A stretch of 64,000 nt of DNA from Dehalococcoidia bacterium (GTDB lineage: Bacteria > Chloroflexota > Dehalococcoidia > Plut-88900), in the NCBI GenBank assembly GCA_965197645.1, contig OZ240219.1, positions 2,496,001-2,560,000 on the forward strand. Reading direction: 5' to 3'. Positions 1 through 10,685 of this stretch are shown here, piece by piece; positions within the stretch are counted from its first letter, which is position 1, and each line of letters opens with the position of its first letter. Position numbers and translations under genes: made by a program. The notes under the pieces are model-generated. The model saw nothing but the letters and a program-made list of their open reading frames with translations, was not told the origin of the DNA and did not search any database.

Positions 1-132
1 GTCCCCGTCCACTGGGTAGACGACCCGGATACGCGGGTCAAAGTCGTTGGCACCGCTTGGGGCGACCTCAAAGGTCTGCTGAGGCTCAGGTTCGGCGGCA
101 TACCCAGACCTGTCCGCCCAACTGGCCCATAG
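1..132 (+). CDS. C-terminal fragment of a GT2 (dolichol-phosphate glycosyltransferase-like) protein; 5' part lies outside the window
   Basis: Manual translation VPVHWVDDPDTRVKVVGTAWGDLKGLLRLR...TGP*; resembles the C-terminal motif of DPG-synthase-like GT2 enzymes. Confidence 0.7.
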   Translation, partial: VPVHWVDDPDTRVKVVGTAWGDLKGLLRLRFGGIPRPVRPTGP

Positions 133-196
133 GCAAACTGCGACTCGACATAACGGAAGGGCTCCGAAGGGGTAGAGAGCCTGCGGATGACATCCA

Positions 197-272
197 GGGA
201 GTCCAGAGGGCTTCCCTCTGGCAGGGGGCCTGGGGGATGTGCCCCCAGATGTTAAACGTCCCAGGGTGGGTG
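197..272 (+). repeat. Intergenic palindromic (REP-like) element, copy A
   Basis: CAGAGGG-CTT-CCCTCTG and CTGGGGG...CCCCCAG hairpins followed by AAACGTCCCAGGG; near-identical segments at 25170-25248 and a related copy at 26483-26536. Confidence 0.7.
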
Positions 273-387
273 GGAGGGAAAACCTACTTTGGGGGTGGGG
301 TCACCGCTGACCGACCCCCACCCCATACCCTCCTTGAACTTTCACTGGCCGGAGAGTTATTATAGTTTTACTAGAGGGAGACCCAAC

Positions 388-915
388 ATGCCAAACGTAG
401 TGCTGGTTGTGGACATGGTCCGAGGTTTCTGCGAAGAAGGCAACAATCTCTACACCGGCCAGTCCGCCCGCAGAATCATCCCCAACGTACGCCGGCTGCT
501 GGAGCGGGAGTCCAAAGCCGGCTCCAAGCTCATTTTCATCTGCGATAACCACGAACCCGACGACCTAGAGTTCCAGATGTTCCCCGTCCACTGTGTTAAA
601 GGTACCAACGAGACGGAGATCATTCCCGAGCTCGCCGGGATCCAGGGTGACGTCGTCACCAAGCAGCGATACAGCGGCTTCTTCAACACCAACCTGGAGC
701 AGCGCCTCGCCGAGTTGGCCCCCGACAAGATCACCGTCGCCGGCGTCTGCACCGACATATGCGTCATGCACACCGTCGCCGATGCGCGAAATCGAGACTA
801 TGCCGTGGAGGTCCCCGCCGATTGCGTAGCCACCCACACGGAAGAGACCCAGCGCTTCGCCCTTGAGCACATTGAGCGGATTCTCGGCGCAAAGATTGTT
901 CAGCCGGTCGGCTAG
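388..915 (+). CDS. pncA: Nicotinamidase / isochorismatase-family cysteine hydrolase
   Basis: VVDM..GF, D.H, HCV.G, K..YSGF and GVCTDICV motifs; SD GAGGGAG before ATG 388; directly upstream of an NAPRTase. Confidence 0.85.
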   Translation: MPNVVLVVDMVRGFCEEGNNLYTGQSARRIIPNVRRLLERESKAGSKLIFICDNHEPDDLEFQMFPVHCVKGTNETEIIPELAGIQGDVVTKQRYSGFFNTNLEQRLAELAPDKITVAGVCTDICVMHTVADARNRDYAVEVPADCVATHTEETQRFALEHIERILGAKIVQPVG

Positions 916-931
916 AAAAAGGGGTGAGACC

Positions 932-1966
932 ATCACCGCCGAAAGCTCCCCATCCCCGCCTCCCGGGGCCCTCAAAGTCAAGTTCGACATACCCGATCCC
1001 ATCCTGACCGGGGACACCACGGACATCTACTTCAGTCGAGCGAAGGAGATCCTGGACAAAGAGGGCCTAACCCCCAATGCGACCATGGAGTTCTTTCCCC
1101 GCTCGGCGGGCATCCTGTGCGGCATCCAGGAGGCCCTCCAGCTCCTCGATCGGGTATTGCCCCCAGGCTCCAGCGAAGTGTATGCCCTCGAAGAGGGAGA
1201 CCCCATCGAGCGGAAAGAGGTGGTCATGCGGGTCAAAGGCCCATATGCCATCTACGGCCTCTACGAGACGCCCCTCCTCGGCATGCTGTCCCACTGCACG
1301 GGCTGGGCGACCGCCGCCAAGGAGTGCATCGATGCGGCCGGCGACGTTCCAGTCGTTAGCTTCGGGGCACGACACGTCCATCCCCTGGTATCCGGCAGGA
1401 TGGACTATGCCGCCATCGTTGGCGGTTGCGTGGGCTGTGCCTCGATAGACGGCGCTCGAATGGCCGGGCTGCCGCCCTCCGGGACCGTACCCCACGCCCT
1501 GATCCTCATACTGGGCGATACGATCAGAGCTGCCGGTGCTTTCGACGAGCACATAGACCCGGACGTGCCCAGGATAGTTCTGGCCGACACCTTTAGGGAC
1601 GAAGCCGAGGAGAGCGTTCGGGTAGCCCGGGCCCTAGGCGACAAGCTGGAAGGGGTGCGTCTGGACACTCCCAGAGAGCGGGGCGGAGTCACCGCCGACC
1701 TGGTGCACGAGGTCAGGGCCCGGCTGGACCTGGAGGGGTTCCACAGGGTCCAGATAGTGGTGAGCGGTGGGCTGACCCCGGAGCGGATACGCTACTTCAA
1801 AGAGAATGACGCCCCCATCGATACCTTCGGAGTCGGCGCTTACATCAGCGGCGCATCCCCCATCGACTTCACCGGCGACATCCACGAGATAGAGAGCAAG
1901 CCCGTTGCCAAACGGGGCCGGCTCCCAGGCCTCACCCCCAACCCCCGCCTCAAACGGGTGATGTAG
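932..1966 (+). CDS. pncB: Nicotinate phosphoribosyltransferase; start uncertain, possibly ATC
   Basis: TDIYF, FGARH, GTVPHA, GVRLDTP, VSGGL and FGVG motifs; SD-like AGGGGTGA precedes ATC at 932. Confidence 0.88.
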   Translation: MTAESSPSPPPGALKVKFDIPDPILTGDTTDIYFSRAKEILDKEGLTPNATMEFFPRSAGILCGIQEALQLLDRVLPPGSSEVYALEEGDPIERKEVVMRVKGPYAIYGLYETPLLGMLSHCTGWATAAKECIDAAGDVPVVSFGARHVHPLVSGRMDYAAIVGGCVGCASIDGARMAGLPPSGTVPHALILILGDTIRAAGAFDEHIDPDVPRIVLADTFRDEAEESVRVARALGDKLEGVRLDTPRERGGVTADLVHEVRARLDLEGFHRVQIVVSGGLTPERIRYFKENDAPIDTFGVGAYISGASPIDFTGDIHEIESKPVAKRGRLPGLTPNPRLKRVM

Positions 1967-2012
1967 CCATCGAGTCGTCATAGACTTGTCCCTGCCGTCT
2001 GAACGGTAATAC

Positions 2013-3446
2013 TTAGACCCGCCTGGCCCTCAGCCGCACCACCCGCCGGGTGGAGTCCGTCACCTTGGCCCCTTCATCTATCCGGTGCCCGACCACCCAA
2101 ACGATCCCGGCCTTCGAGCAGACCAGGGGCACTTGGTCCCTCTTGGCCTCCGGCACCTTGGCATCGACGAAGTAGTCCTGGAGCTTCTTGGCGCCTTTTA
2201 GACCCAACGGACGAAACCCGTCGCCGGGCCGTCGAGCGCGGACCGTCAATTTCTCTCCTACTGCGTCGGCGTCCAGGGTGGCCTCGTAGACACCATTGCC
2301 CGCTGGGATATCATGTCCATCAACAAGCCGGGACTCGATCTCCCACCCACCCACCAGAGCGGCACCCGGCACCGGCAGCTCCTGCTCTCCTACGATTGAG
2401 TACAGGCCCTTCATCCCCGGTTGCCCGCACGTGATCAGGCACTGCCCATACTCCATTATCGCCGTAACACCTCGGGGCAGATCGATCCTCTTGCCCACCG
2501 GCTTCGACATCAGCTCCACCAACGACTGTACGTGGGAGTACTCGATATCCACCAGGTCGCCCAGCACGGCCTCGAGGACCTTGCGAATCAGGTGGTGCTG
2601 CAGGGAGGCCGGCAGAGCGGACACGATCTCTGTCTTCAGCCTAAAACCGGCGCCGCTCCGCGTCACGACGGCGTCCCAGCTCTCGGCTACTTTGTCCCCT
2701 ATGAACTCCATGTCCTGATGGGCCGAAGAGGAAAGCCGTAGAAGCGCTTCCACGATGTTGGGGTTGTACTCCCGGAGATAGGGAATCAGCTCCAGCCGCA
2801 CCCGGTTGCGCACTATGTCCGTCGACAGGTTGGTCCGGTCGACCCGGGGCTCCAACCCGAGGGCTTTACAGTAGCCTTCGGTCTCCTGGCGAGACACCGC
2901 CAGCAACGGTCGCACCAGGGTGAACTCCGTACCGGTCGTTGACTTTTGAGATAGGACCTCCCTCATGCCCCGCAGCCCGGATAGCCCGCTGCCTCGCAGG
3001 ATGTGGAGCAGGACCGTCTCGGCCTGGTCCTGGGCGGTGTGCCCAGTGGCGATTGCCGCCGCGCCGGTCTCCCCGGCTACTTTCGAAAGGAACTCGTATC
3101 TCGCCTCCCTGGCCTTCTCCTCCAGCGAGCTGCTGTGTGCCCCCTGTCTGCCTTTTACGTCCTCTCTGTGAATCGTGCAGCCGAGGCCCAGCCTCTTTGC
3201 CTGACCCGCCACGAACTCGGCGTCCCCGTCCGACTCTGGCCCACGGAGGCAATGGTTGAGGTGCGCCAAGTGGAGGTTGATGCCAAGCGGTTCCCTCAGC
3301 CTGTTCACGGCATGTAGCAAGCACAGGGAATCTGGGCCGCCGGAGACGGCCACGATCAGCGGCTGGGGCCGGTGGGCTAGTCCGTGACGCCTGATGAAGT
3401 CCTCGACCCGGCCCTCGATACGTCTCAGCAAGCTCTCCGACACCAT
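2013..3446 (-). CDS. tilS: tRNA(Ile)-lysidine synthetase
   Basis: PP-loop AVSGGPDS, TGHT..DQAET, RPLL, RNRVR and C-terminal KKLQDYFVDAKVP domain; ATG at 3446. Confidence 0.95.
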   Translation of the reverse strand: MVSESLLRRIEGRVEDFIRRHGLAHRPQPLIVAVSGGPDSLCLLHAVNRLREPLGINLHLAHLNHCLRGPESDGDAEFVAGQAKRLGLGCTIHREDVKGRQGAHSSSLEEKAREARYEFLSKVAGETGAAAIATGHTAQDQAETVLLHILRGSGLSGLRGMREVLSQKSTTGTEFTLVRPLLAVSRQETEGYCKALGLEPRVDRTNLSTDIVRNRVRLELIPYLREYNPNIVEALLRLSSSAHQDMEFIGDKVAESWDAVVTRSGAGFRLKTEIVSALPASLQHHLIRKVLEAVLGDLVDIEYSHVQSLVELMSKPVGKRIDLPRGVTAIMEYGQCLITCGQPGMKGLYSIVGEQELPVPGAALVGGWEIESRLVDGHDIPAGNGVYEATLDADAVGEKLTVRARRPGDGFRPLGLKGAKKLQDYFVDAKVPEAKRDQVPLVCSKAGIVWVVGHRIDEGAKVTDSTRRVVRLRARRV

Positions 3447-3457
3447 GATGCTACCGC

Positions 3458-4075
3458 TTATCCGTCGGCGTCCTCGGTCCAGTGGCACCGATCGTTCATG
3501 GTAATCAAGACCGGCCCCCGCTCGTTCACTTCGAGTACGCTGATAGCAGCCAGGTCCTGCCGCACCTTTCGGAAGCTGGTCACCTCCAGGCCCAACACCT
3601 TCAGCAATATGCTCTGGATGAGGAAGTTGTGACTGACGGCTATCACCTTTTGCTCCGGGTGTTTCTCCGCCAGCCGCTCCACCGTCGCCCATGCCCGCTC
3701 TTGCAGGGCCGCGATCGATTCTCCTCCCGGCATCTCGAGGGGCGCCACGTCCGTCATCCACTGCTTCATAAAGTCCGGGTATTTGTCCATGAGCTCGGCT
3801 CCGGCGAGGCCGTCCAGGTCTCCCACGTCCAGCTCTCGAAGGTCCTCTATGGGCGCCACCTGCTGACAGGTGCGTTGCGCTATAGCCGTAGCCGTCTCGA
3901 AAGCGCGAGACAGGGGGCTGGAGTATATGCCGGCGGGCCCGAAGCTTCGCAACCGGTCTCCGAGGGCCGCCGCCTGGTCTCGTCCCCTTTGGTTCAACGG
4001 TGCGTCGCTGATCCCCTGGACCCGACCCTCCCGGTTCATATCGGTCTCGCCGTGCCTGACCAATATCAGCCTCAT
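3458..4075 (-). CDS. Histidine phosphatase family protein (phosphoglycerate mutase/CobC-like)
   Basis: RHGET, SSPLSRA, LRE...G, PGGES and VSH motifs. Confidence 0.9.
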   Translation of the reverse strand: MRLILVRHGETDMNREGRVQGISDAPLNQRGRDQAAALGDRLRSFGPAGIYSSPLSRAFETATAIAQRTCQQVAPIEDLRELDVGDLDGLAGAELMDKYPDFMKQWMTDVAPLEMPGGESIAALQERAWATVERLAEKHPEQKVIAVSHNFLIQSILLKVLGLEVTSFRKVRQDLAAISVLEVNERGPVLITMNDRCHWTEDADG

Positions 4076-5370
4076 GCGGGACCCTCGGGCTCGATGGATG
4101 CCGGCTCCCGCCGTTGCTTGGTCATCAGGATCTTCTCGATCTTTACCCCGGACATTTCGGAAACTGTCAGGGTCAACGATCCATGGCGCACCGCCTCACC
4201 CTCCATGGGAATGTGGCCCAGCTGGTCCAGCAAGAAGCCGGCTATCGTTTCGTACTCCCCGTCTGGAATCGAAAGGTTGAGCCTCTCGTTGGCCTCCTCT
4301 ATCTGCATTCCGGCGTCCACCTGGAACGTTCCCTGGCCCAGGCTCTCGACCTCTTCCGAGGGGGCCTGCTCGTCCTCCCCCGTCCAACCGGTAATGGCGC
4401 CCACCAGCTGCTGCATCGTCACCAGCCCCGCTATTCCACCGTGCTCGTCCACCGTCAACACCATATGGATACCGGTGGTCTGCATCTCCTCGAACAGGCC
4501 ATCCAGCTGCTTGGTCTCCGGCACGAACCTGGCGGGTCTGACCAGATGTATAAGGTTGCTCCCGGCTTCGATATCGCCCTTGTGCATAGCTCTTATCGCA
4601 TCGCTGGTGTGAAGAATGCCGACCACGTTGTCCATGTTCTCCTTGTACATGGGGAACCTGGACCTGGGCGCCTGGTCGTAGATGTCCAGAAACTCCGAAA
4701 GGGTGGTATCCTCCTCCACCCAGGCGATCTCCGTGCGCGGCGTCATCACCTCCTTGACCAGCCGGTCTCCGAAGTTGAGAACCTTGTTCAGCATTATCGC
4801 CTCGTCGCTCTCCACCGCCCCCTCGCTCTGACCTATCGATATCACGGACCGGAGCAGCTCCTCACTCACCTGGTAGCTGCCCCTGCTACGGCCGCCAGTC
4901 AGGTTGACCACCGCCGTCCCGATCCACCGTATCAGTATGGCGAAGGGGAACAGCAGCAGTTCGAACACCGCGAAGGGCCGTATGTAGCGAAACGCCAGCC
5001 ACTCCGAGTGTCTGCTGGCGAAGGTCTTCGGCACCACTTCGCCCAGTATCAGCAACAGTATGGTCACTCCCGCGGTGGAGACGACAACCGCTACACCCCG
5101 GTCCAGCCAGGCGACGGCCAGCATTGTTCCAACCGCAGCCATCGCCGTGTTGACTAGATTATTCCCCAGCAGGACCGTTGATAGGGTCTTCTCCGGCTGG
5201 TCTATCCGAGAGTACAGCCGTTTAGCACCCGTTTGACCTATGTTGACGAGGTGCAGTATGCGAATCCGCTGGAGGGATATAAAGGCCGTCTCCGAACTGG
5301 AGAAGAAGGCGGAAAGTACCAGGAACACCCCCATCAAGACCAGGCTTATGATGGTGGCTTCAATGCTCAT
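4072..5370 (-). CDS. Hemolysin-family / CNNM-CBS-CorC Mg2+/Co2+ transport protein
   Basis: FFSSSETAF, GEVVPK, EVMTPR, SRFP and VDEHGG motifs; C-terminal CorC domain YETIAG. Confidence 0.92.
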   Translation of the reverse strand: MSIEATIISLVLMGVFLVLSAFFSSSETAFISLQRIRILHLVNIGQTGAKRLYSRIDQPEKTLSTVLLGNNLVNTAMAAVGTMLAVAWLDRGVAVVVSTAGVTILLLILGEVVPKTFASRHSEWLAFRYIRPFAVFELLLFPFAILIRWIGTAVVNLTGGRSRGSYQVSEELLRSVISIGQSEGAVESDEAIMLNKVLNFGDRLVKEVMTPRTEIAWVEEDTTLSEFLDIYDQAPRSRFPMYKENMDNVVGILHTSDAIRAMHKGDIEAGSNLIHLVRPARFVPETKQLDGLFEEMQTTGIHMVLTVDEHGGIAGLVTMQQLVGAITGWTGEDEQAPSEEVESLGQGTFQVDAGMQIEEANERLNLSIPDGEYETIAGFLLDQLGHIPMEGEAVRHGSLTLTVSEMSGVKIEKILMTKQRREPASIEPEGPA

Positions 5371-5424
5371 CGGTTGTCTCCTTTAACAACACTGAGGCGA
5401 CCGTATCGTGGATCGGGTGGGGCC

Positions 5425-5452
5425 AAAAGAAAAGACCCCGTTTCACGGGGTT
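5425..5452 (-). terminator. Intrinsic terminator in the 5' leader of the CNNM gene (attenuator candidate)
   Basis: Minus strand CCCCG-TGAAA-CGGGG followed by TCTTTTCTTTT, about 55 nt upstream of the ATG, with no full-length upstream minus-strand gene to terminate. Confidence 0.75.
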
Positions 5453-5662
5453 AATGGCTCTGCCGATAGGTGGCTCTCTTGTCTTCTACGCTAGATCTTG
5501 GTATCAAGACAGAGGTCCATCAGGCTCGAAGGGATATCTATTCCATTTCATCCCAGCATATCATTCCCGTCTGAACGGTGTCAAAAGCCGACGGGCGCCC
5601 ACCGATGTAGGGTACAATATGATCTGGGCTAGCGATCACTAGCCCTTTTTGGCGTAGTATAC

Positions 5663-8600
5663 ATGGACCTTTCAGGCATAGTCGATCTGCTTTCGGAGCA
5701 TCCGGACCTCCAGCGATTCCTGGACTCGGCTGGCGTTTCGGAAGGTGCTTGGCGTGGCGCGGTGCTGGACCCCGCCAAACCCGCGGCCATCGCCGCTCTT
5801 CACCGCTCCCTTGGCAGGCCGGTGATGGTGCTGACCACCCGTCCCGAGACCGCCAGAGACCTGGCCGAGCAGCTCAACGAGTGGAGCTCCGATGCCGAAA
5901 ATAGCGTCCATCTCTTCCCCGAGCCCGACGCACTTCCCTACGAACGGCGCTCGTGGGAGCAGTCCGTGGTGCTGGACCGGCTCCGGGTGCTGCACCTGCT
6001 GAGCCACCGACGAGAACCCGCCCCGATCATCGTTGCCAGCCTGCTGTCGGTCGTCATCAAGACTCTCGATGCGGGATACTTTTCCGGCATCGCCCAAACG
6101 CTCCGCCCCGGCATGCGCATCGATCCTACGGAGCTCCTAGAGGGATGGGCCAGGCTCGGCTACGAAGCCGATCGGGCGGTAGAAGTGCCGGGCACCTTCA
6201 GCCGCCGGGGCGGGATCATCGACGTCTACTCCCCCGTCGAGGAACGTCCCATCCGTCTCGATCTCTTCGGCCCAGAGATAGAGAGCATCCGCACTTTCAG
6301 TCCCCAGGACCAGCAGTCCACGGGCAGCCTCGACTCGGCCACGGTCGTACCCACAACCGAGGCTCTGGTGGAGGACGAAGAAGAGGCCCGGAGGACCATC
6401 GACCGGCTCGACCTCACCGGCTTCACTCCCGACGCTCGGGCCCGGTTCGAAGAGGTGATGCGCCAGTATATCCAGGGCGCCAGCTTCGAGGGCCGTGAGA
6501 GCTACGCCCACCTGTTCCAGCGCGGCGCCTTCTTCGACTACCTTCCCAAGGAAACGGTTCTGGTTCTGGACGATCCGACTGCCCTGGAAAACGGCTATGC
6601 CGAGCTACGTGACGAGGCCGAGGAGCTGCGGCAACAGCAGATTGAAAAGGGAGAGCTTTCCCCCTCCTTCCCCCAACCCCACCTTGAGTGGAAGGAGTTG
6701 GAGGAGCGGGTAAACGTCTTCCCCAACGTGGTCCGTATGGAGCGATGGGAGCGGTCCGGCTCCGCTCCCTCCGAGCTGGCCGGATTCAAGGCCATCCGCA
6801 ACTACGGCGGCCATCTCCGCATATTCCTACGAGACCTTCGCACCCTGCTCCGGGAGGACCATCGGGTGGCTATCGTCTCCCATCAGGCCGGCCGGTTGTC
6901 GGAGCTGCTGCAGGAAGCGGACATCATCGCCGCCGTATCCAAGGACGTTTCCAAGCCTCCTCTGCCCGGCTCCATAACCCTGGCCCAGGGAGTGCTCTCC
7001 GCTGGTTGGAGCCTACAGGACGGTGGGCCTCCCCTGGACCTGTTCACCGATAAAGAGATCTTCGGATTCACCAAGCAGCGACGCGCCGTACGACGCCGTC
7101 CCGTCCGCCGCGAGGCCTTCGCATCCGAGCTCGCGGTCGGAGACCACGTCGTTCACGTCGATCACGGGATTGGCCGGTTTAGCGGCATGGCCAAGATGAA
7201 CCGGACGGAGGGGGAGAGGGAATACCTGACCCTGGAATACGCCGATGGCGCCAGGCTCTACGTCCCTAACGATCAGATCGATCGAGTCAGCCCCTACATC
7301 GGTTCGGGGGATAGCGCCCCGGCACTGAATCGCTTGGGATCCCAGGAGTGGACACGCGCCAAGCGAAGGGTCAAGGAGTCCACCGAAGCCATAGCCCGGG
7401 AACTGCTGGCCCTCTATGCCCGGCGCGAAGTACAGAGGGGCTACGCATTCGGGGAGGACACCCCCTGGCAGCAGGAGCTGGAGGCCTCTTTCCCCTACGT
7501 CGAGACCCTGGACCAGTTGGAGACGATACGGGCAGTGAAGGCCGATATGGAGAAGGCGCGGCCCATGGACCGGCTCGTCTGCGGCGACGTCGGTTACGGC
7601 AAGACCGAGGTTGCCGTCCGAGCCGGATTCAAAGCGGTCATGTCCGGCAAGCAAGTGGCGGTGCTGGTACCCACTACCGTCCTGGCTCAGCAGCACCTGC
7701 ACACCTTCCGTGAACGGCTCGAAGCCTTCCCCATCGAGATCGACATGCTCAGCCGGTTCCGGTCCCACAGGGAGCAAAAGCAGGTGATCGAAGCGCTGAA
7801 GACCGGCTCTGTCGATGTCTGCATCGGGACTCACCGCCTGCTTCAGAAGGACATAGAGTTCAAGGACCTCGGGCTCGTCGTCATCGACGAGGAGCAACGG
7901 TTCGGTGTCGCCCACAAGGAGCGATTGAAACGGATGCGCGAGGAGATAGACGTTCTCACCCTGAGCGCGACACCCATCCCTAGGACCATGCACATGTCCC
8001 TGGTCGGCGTCCGGGACATGAGCACCATGGAAACGCCGCCCGAGGAGCGGCTGCCCATCAAGACCTACGTTCAGGAGTACGATGAAGAGTTGGTCCGCGA
8101 GGCGATTCTGCGGGAGATGGACAGGGGCGGCCAGGTCTTCTTCGTCCACAACCGGGTGCAAAACATTAACGGCATGGCCGAACGACTGCGACGTGAGGTG
8201 CCCCGCGCCGAGATAGCCGTGGCCCACGGCCAGATGCCCGAGCAACAGCTCGAATCGGTCATGCTGGACTTCTTCGACGGACGCTACGACGTGTTGGTCT
8301 GCAGCACCATCATCGAATCGGGCCTGGACATGCCCAACGTCAACACCATAATCATCAACGATGCCGATAAGATGGGCCTCTCCCAGCTCTACCAACTCCG
8401 GGGCCGGGTGGGCCGGGGCACAGATAGGGCCTACGCCTACTTTCTCTTCGGCCGCTACCGGGCCCTGACCGAGGTCGCCGAGAAACGCCTCACCTCGATT
8501 CTCGCTGCGTCTGAATTGGGCGCCGGGTTCCGCATAGCGATGAAGGACCTGGAGATCAGGGGGGCGGGCAACCTGTTGGGCGTGGAGCAGAGCGGCCACA

Positions 8601-9181
8601 TCTCCGCTGTCGGCTTCGACCTCTACACCGTCATGCTGGCCCGCGCCGTCGAGGAGCTCCGGTCCCAGGGTTTCGAGGTGCTGACCCCAATTGACGGGAA
8701 GGCGCCGGTCCTTCGTAGTTTGCCCTCCACCTCCATCGATCTCCCCGTCCCCGCCTACATACCCCAAGAGTATGTCCAGGAGTTGGCCCTCCGTCTCTCT
8801 CTCTACCAGCAGCTTGCCTCCGTCAGCACGGAAGAGCGGGTGGAGGAGATCGCCGCCGAGATGCGAGACCGCTTCGGCCCCCCACCCCCGGAGGTCGATA
8901 ACCTGCTCTACCTGGTACACCTGAAATTCATGGCGTCTGAAGCCGGTATCAGCCGTATCAGCCGGGACGCCGCCCAGGTAGTGATCACCGTCCACGACGG
9001 CATGGTGCTGGATAGGGAGGCGCTATCGAGGATTGGGCACGGAGTTGCAGTCGGCGTCAAACGGGTCCGGCTGGACCTCAATCAGCTGGGCGGGCGCTGG
9101 CAAAGCGTCCTGGAGACTGCCATACGGGCCATCGGGAGCGGGGTTGAAGCGAAGCAGAGTAAGGAAGAAGCGGTCCGCTAG
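5663..9181 (+). CDS. mfd: Transcription-repair coupling factor
   Basis: UvrB-like N-terminus, CarD-like [42 protein letters not shown] and TRCF C-terminal domain. Confidence 0.97.
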   Translation: MDLSGIVDLLSEHPDLQRFLDSAGVSEGAWRGAVLDPAKPAAIAALHRSLGRPVMVLTTRPETARDLAEQLNEWSSDAENSVHLFPEPDALPYERRSWEQSVVLDRLRVLHLLSHRREPAPIIVASLLSVVIKTLDAGYFSGIAQTLRPGMRIDPTELLEGWARLGYEADRAVEVPGTFSRRGGIIDVYSPVEERPIRLDLFGPEIESIRTFSPQDQQSTGSLDSATVVPTTEALVEDEEEARRTIDRLDLTGFTPDARARFEEVMRQYIQGASFEGRESYAHLFQRGAFFDYLPKETVLVLDDPTALENGYAELRDEAEELRQQQIEKGELSPSFPQPHLEWKELEERVNVFPNVVRMERWERSGSAPSELAGFKAIRNYGGHLRIFLRDLRTLLREDHRVAIVSHQAGRLSELLQEADIIAAVSKDVSKPPLPGSITLAQGVLSAGWSLQDGGPPLDLFTDKEIFGFTKQRRAVRRRPVRREAFASELAVGDHVVHVDHGIGRFSGMAKMNRTEGEREYLTLEYADGARLYVPNDQIDRVSPYIGSGDSAPALNRLGSQEWTRAKRRVKESTEAIARELLALYARREVQRGYAFGEDTPWQQELEASFPYVETLDQLETIRAVKADMEKARPMDRLVCGDVGYGKTEVAVRAGFKAVMSGKQVAVLVPTTVLAQQHLHTFRERLEAFPIEIDMLSRFRSHREQKQVIEALKTGSVDVCIGTHRLLQKDIEFKDLGLVVIDEEQRFGVAHKERLKRMREEIDVLTLSATPIPRTMHMSLVGVRDMSTMETPPEERLPIKTYVQEYDEELVREAILREMDRGGQVFFVHNRVQNINGMAERLRREVPRAEIAVAHGQMPEQQLESVMLDFFDGRYDVLVCSTIIESGLDMPNVNTIIINDADKMGLSQLYQLRGRVGRGTDRAYAYFLFGRYRALTEVAEKRLTSILAASELGAGFRIAMKDLEIRGAGNLLGVEQSGHISAVGFDLYTVMLARAVEELRSQGFEVLTPIDGKAPVLRSLPSTSIDLPVPAYIPQEYVQELALRLSLYQQLASVSTEERVEEIAAEMRDRFGPPPPEVDNLLYLVHLKFMASEAGISRISRDAAQVVITVHDGMVLDREALSRIGHGVAVGVKRVRLDLNQLGGRWQSVLETAIRAIGSGVEAKQSKEEAVR

Positions 9182-9186
9182 CCCTT

Positions 9187-9882
9187 CTACAGGAACGCCA
9201 AGACCTCCTCCAACTTCCGAATCTTGGGCTGGAAGTCCACGTGCCCTTGTAGATCGTCCCTGTCGATTAGTATCGCCTTCATACCCGCCTCCTGCGCCCC
9301 CATGACATCGGCACTGTAATCGTCGCCGACGTGCATCGATTCCTCAGGCGCTACTCCGGCTTTCTTCATCGCCAGTTTGAAAATTCCGGGGTGAGGCTTT
9401 GCTGCGCCCGCCTCCTCCGACGTCACCGCCAGGTCCAGGTGAGGCGCGAGTCTCAGCTTCTCGCACAGCTCCCAAACGTCTTGGCTGAGGTTGGTAATCA
9501 GCCCTGTCTTCACGCCTCGCTCCCTGATTGCATTCAAGACCAGCGCCGAGTCGTCGAACGCCGCCAGATCGTAGGGAATCTTCCTGAGCGACCGGAAGAT
9601 CTCGCCGGCCCGATCCGCTGATATCTCGACACCGGCCCCTGCGAGTATCAACCGCTCGTAGTCTCCAAAAAAATCTCGCCTCTCGTCCTCGTTGCGCTGG
9701 GACAGGGGAGACCGGGCGTTCTCCCTCGCCATGTAATCGTCGGCCACCACATACCCTTCCAGAATCCCCCTCTTGGTCACATCGATCCCGAACTCTCGGC
9801 ACGCCCTCTGCTGAACCTCCTCCCGCCGCGGCTCAAACCCCACCAACGTGTTGTACAGGTCGAAAAAGACGGCCTTGATCAA
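9187..9882 (-). CDS. HAD-IA family hydrolase
   Basis: FFDLYNTL, ITN, KPHPGIF and HVGDD..AD..GA motifs. Confidence 0.9.
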   Translation of the reverse strand: MIKAVFFDLYNTLVGFEPRREEVQQRACREFGIDVTKRGILEGYVVADDYMARENARSPLSQRNEDERRDFFGDYERLILAGAGVEISADRAGEIFRSLRKIPYDLAAFDDSALVLNAIRERGVKTGLITNLSQDVWELCEKLRLAPHLDLAVTSEEAGAAKPHPGIFKLAMKKAGVAPEESMHVGDDYSADVMGAQEAGMKAILIDRDDLQGHVDFQPKIRKLEEVLAFL

Positions 9883-9974
9883 TTTTCTTCCCGTCTAGAT
9901 GAAGGGTCGCATTCCCTTTAGGTGAAGGGGAATATAATGTCGGGTGAGACCGGCCCGAAGTGTAGCACACGCCC

Positions 9975-10685
9975 ATGTTGAAACTGAACCAGCGTATAGC
10001 CCAGGCAAAGGACAGCCTGCTTGACCTCCTGTTCCCCCTCTACTGCGTCGGCTGCGGTCGAGAGGGAAGCCTTATCTGTTCCCACTGTCGATCCGACCTG
10101 CCAGCAATAGAGCCTCCCTGGTGCTTCATATGCGGCCTACCTCGGGGAGGTTTCTGCGTCTGTGGCACCGACCGAAGCCGGATCTGGTCCCTTGACGGCA
10201 TCCGCTCCCCTTTCCGGTTCGAAGGCGCCATCAGGGAGGCCGTCCATGGCTTGAAGTACCGCAACATTCGCGGTCTTGCCGGCGTTCTGGCCCGGTTTCT
10301 CGCCCCCTACCTGCACAGCGATGAGATTCCCGCCGACGTTCTGGTCCCCGTGCCTCTACATCGAAAGCGTCTGCGAGAGCGGGGCTACAACCAGTCGGAT
10401 CTGCTGGCCCGCTGCCTTTCCGGGTTGACCGGCGTCCCCTGTAGAACGGACCTCCTATCCCGGGAGCGGCACGCCCTACCCCAGGCGCGGGCTGAGGACA
10501 TACGGCAGCGCAGGTCCAACGTGGTCGATGCCTTCCGAGCCGCAGCTGGCCTCATTCAGGGCGAACGGATTCTTCTCCTGGACGACGTTACGACCACCAG
10601 CTCTACCCTAGAGGCCTGCGCCTCCGAGCTCAAGGCCGCAGGAGCCGGTTCCGTCTGGGCCATCACTGTAGCTCGGGAGCTATGA
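9975..10685 (+). CDS. comF: ComF-family amidophosphoribosyltransferase-like competence protein
   Basis: Double zinc ribbon CxxC motifs, VPVPLH..R..ERGYNQS, LLDDVTTT. Confidence 0.88.
   Translation: MLKLNQRIAQAKDSLLDLLFPLYCVGCGREGSLICSHCRSDLPAIEPPWCFICGLPRGGFCVCGTDRSRIWSLDGIRSPFRFEGAIREAVHGLKYRNIRGLAGVLARFLAPYLHSDEIPADVLVPVPLHRKRLRERGYNQSDLLARCLSGLTGVPCRTDLLSRERHALPQARAEDIRQRRSNVVDAFRAAAGLIQGERILLLDDVTTTSSTLEACASELKAAGAGSVWAITVAREL

Noticed and set aside
3447-3761. N-terminal extension of tilS in the ORF track
   Set aside because: It overlaps the histidine phosphatase gene in another frame; ATG 3446 gives a normal TilS.
7013-8995. 660-aa minus-strand ORF, and similar long ORFs at 15917-17746, 56495-57994, 57916-59733 and 61744-63192
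   Set aside because: Antisense shadows of well-supported genes, expected in high-GC DNA; no recognisable motifs.
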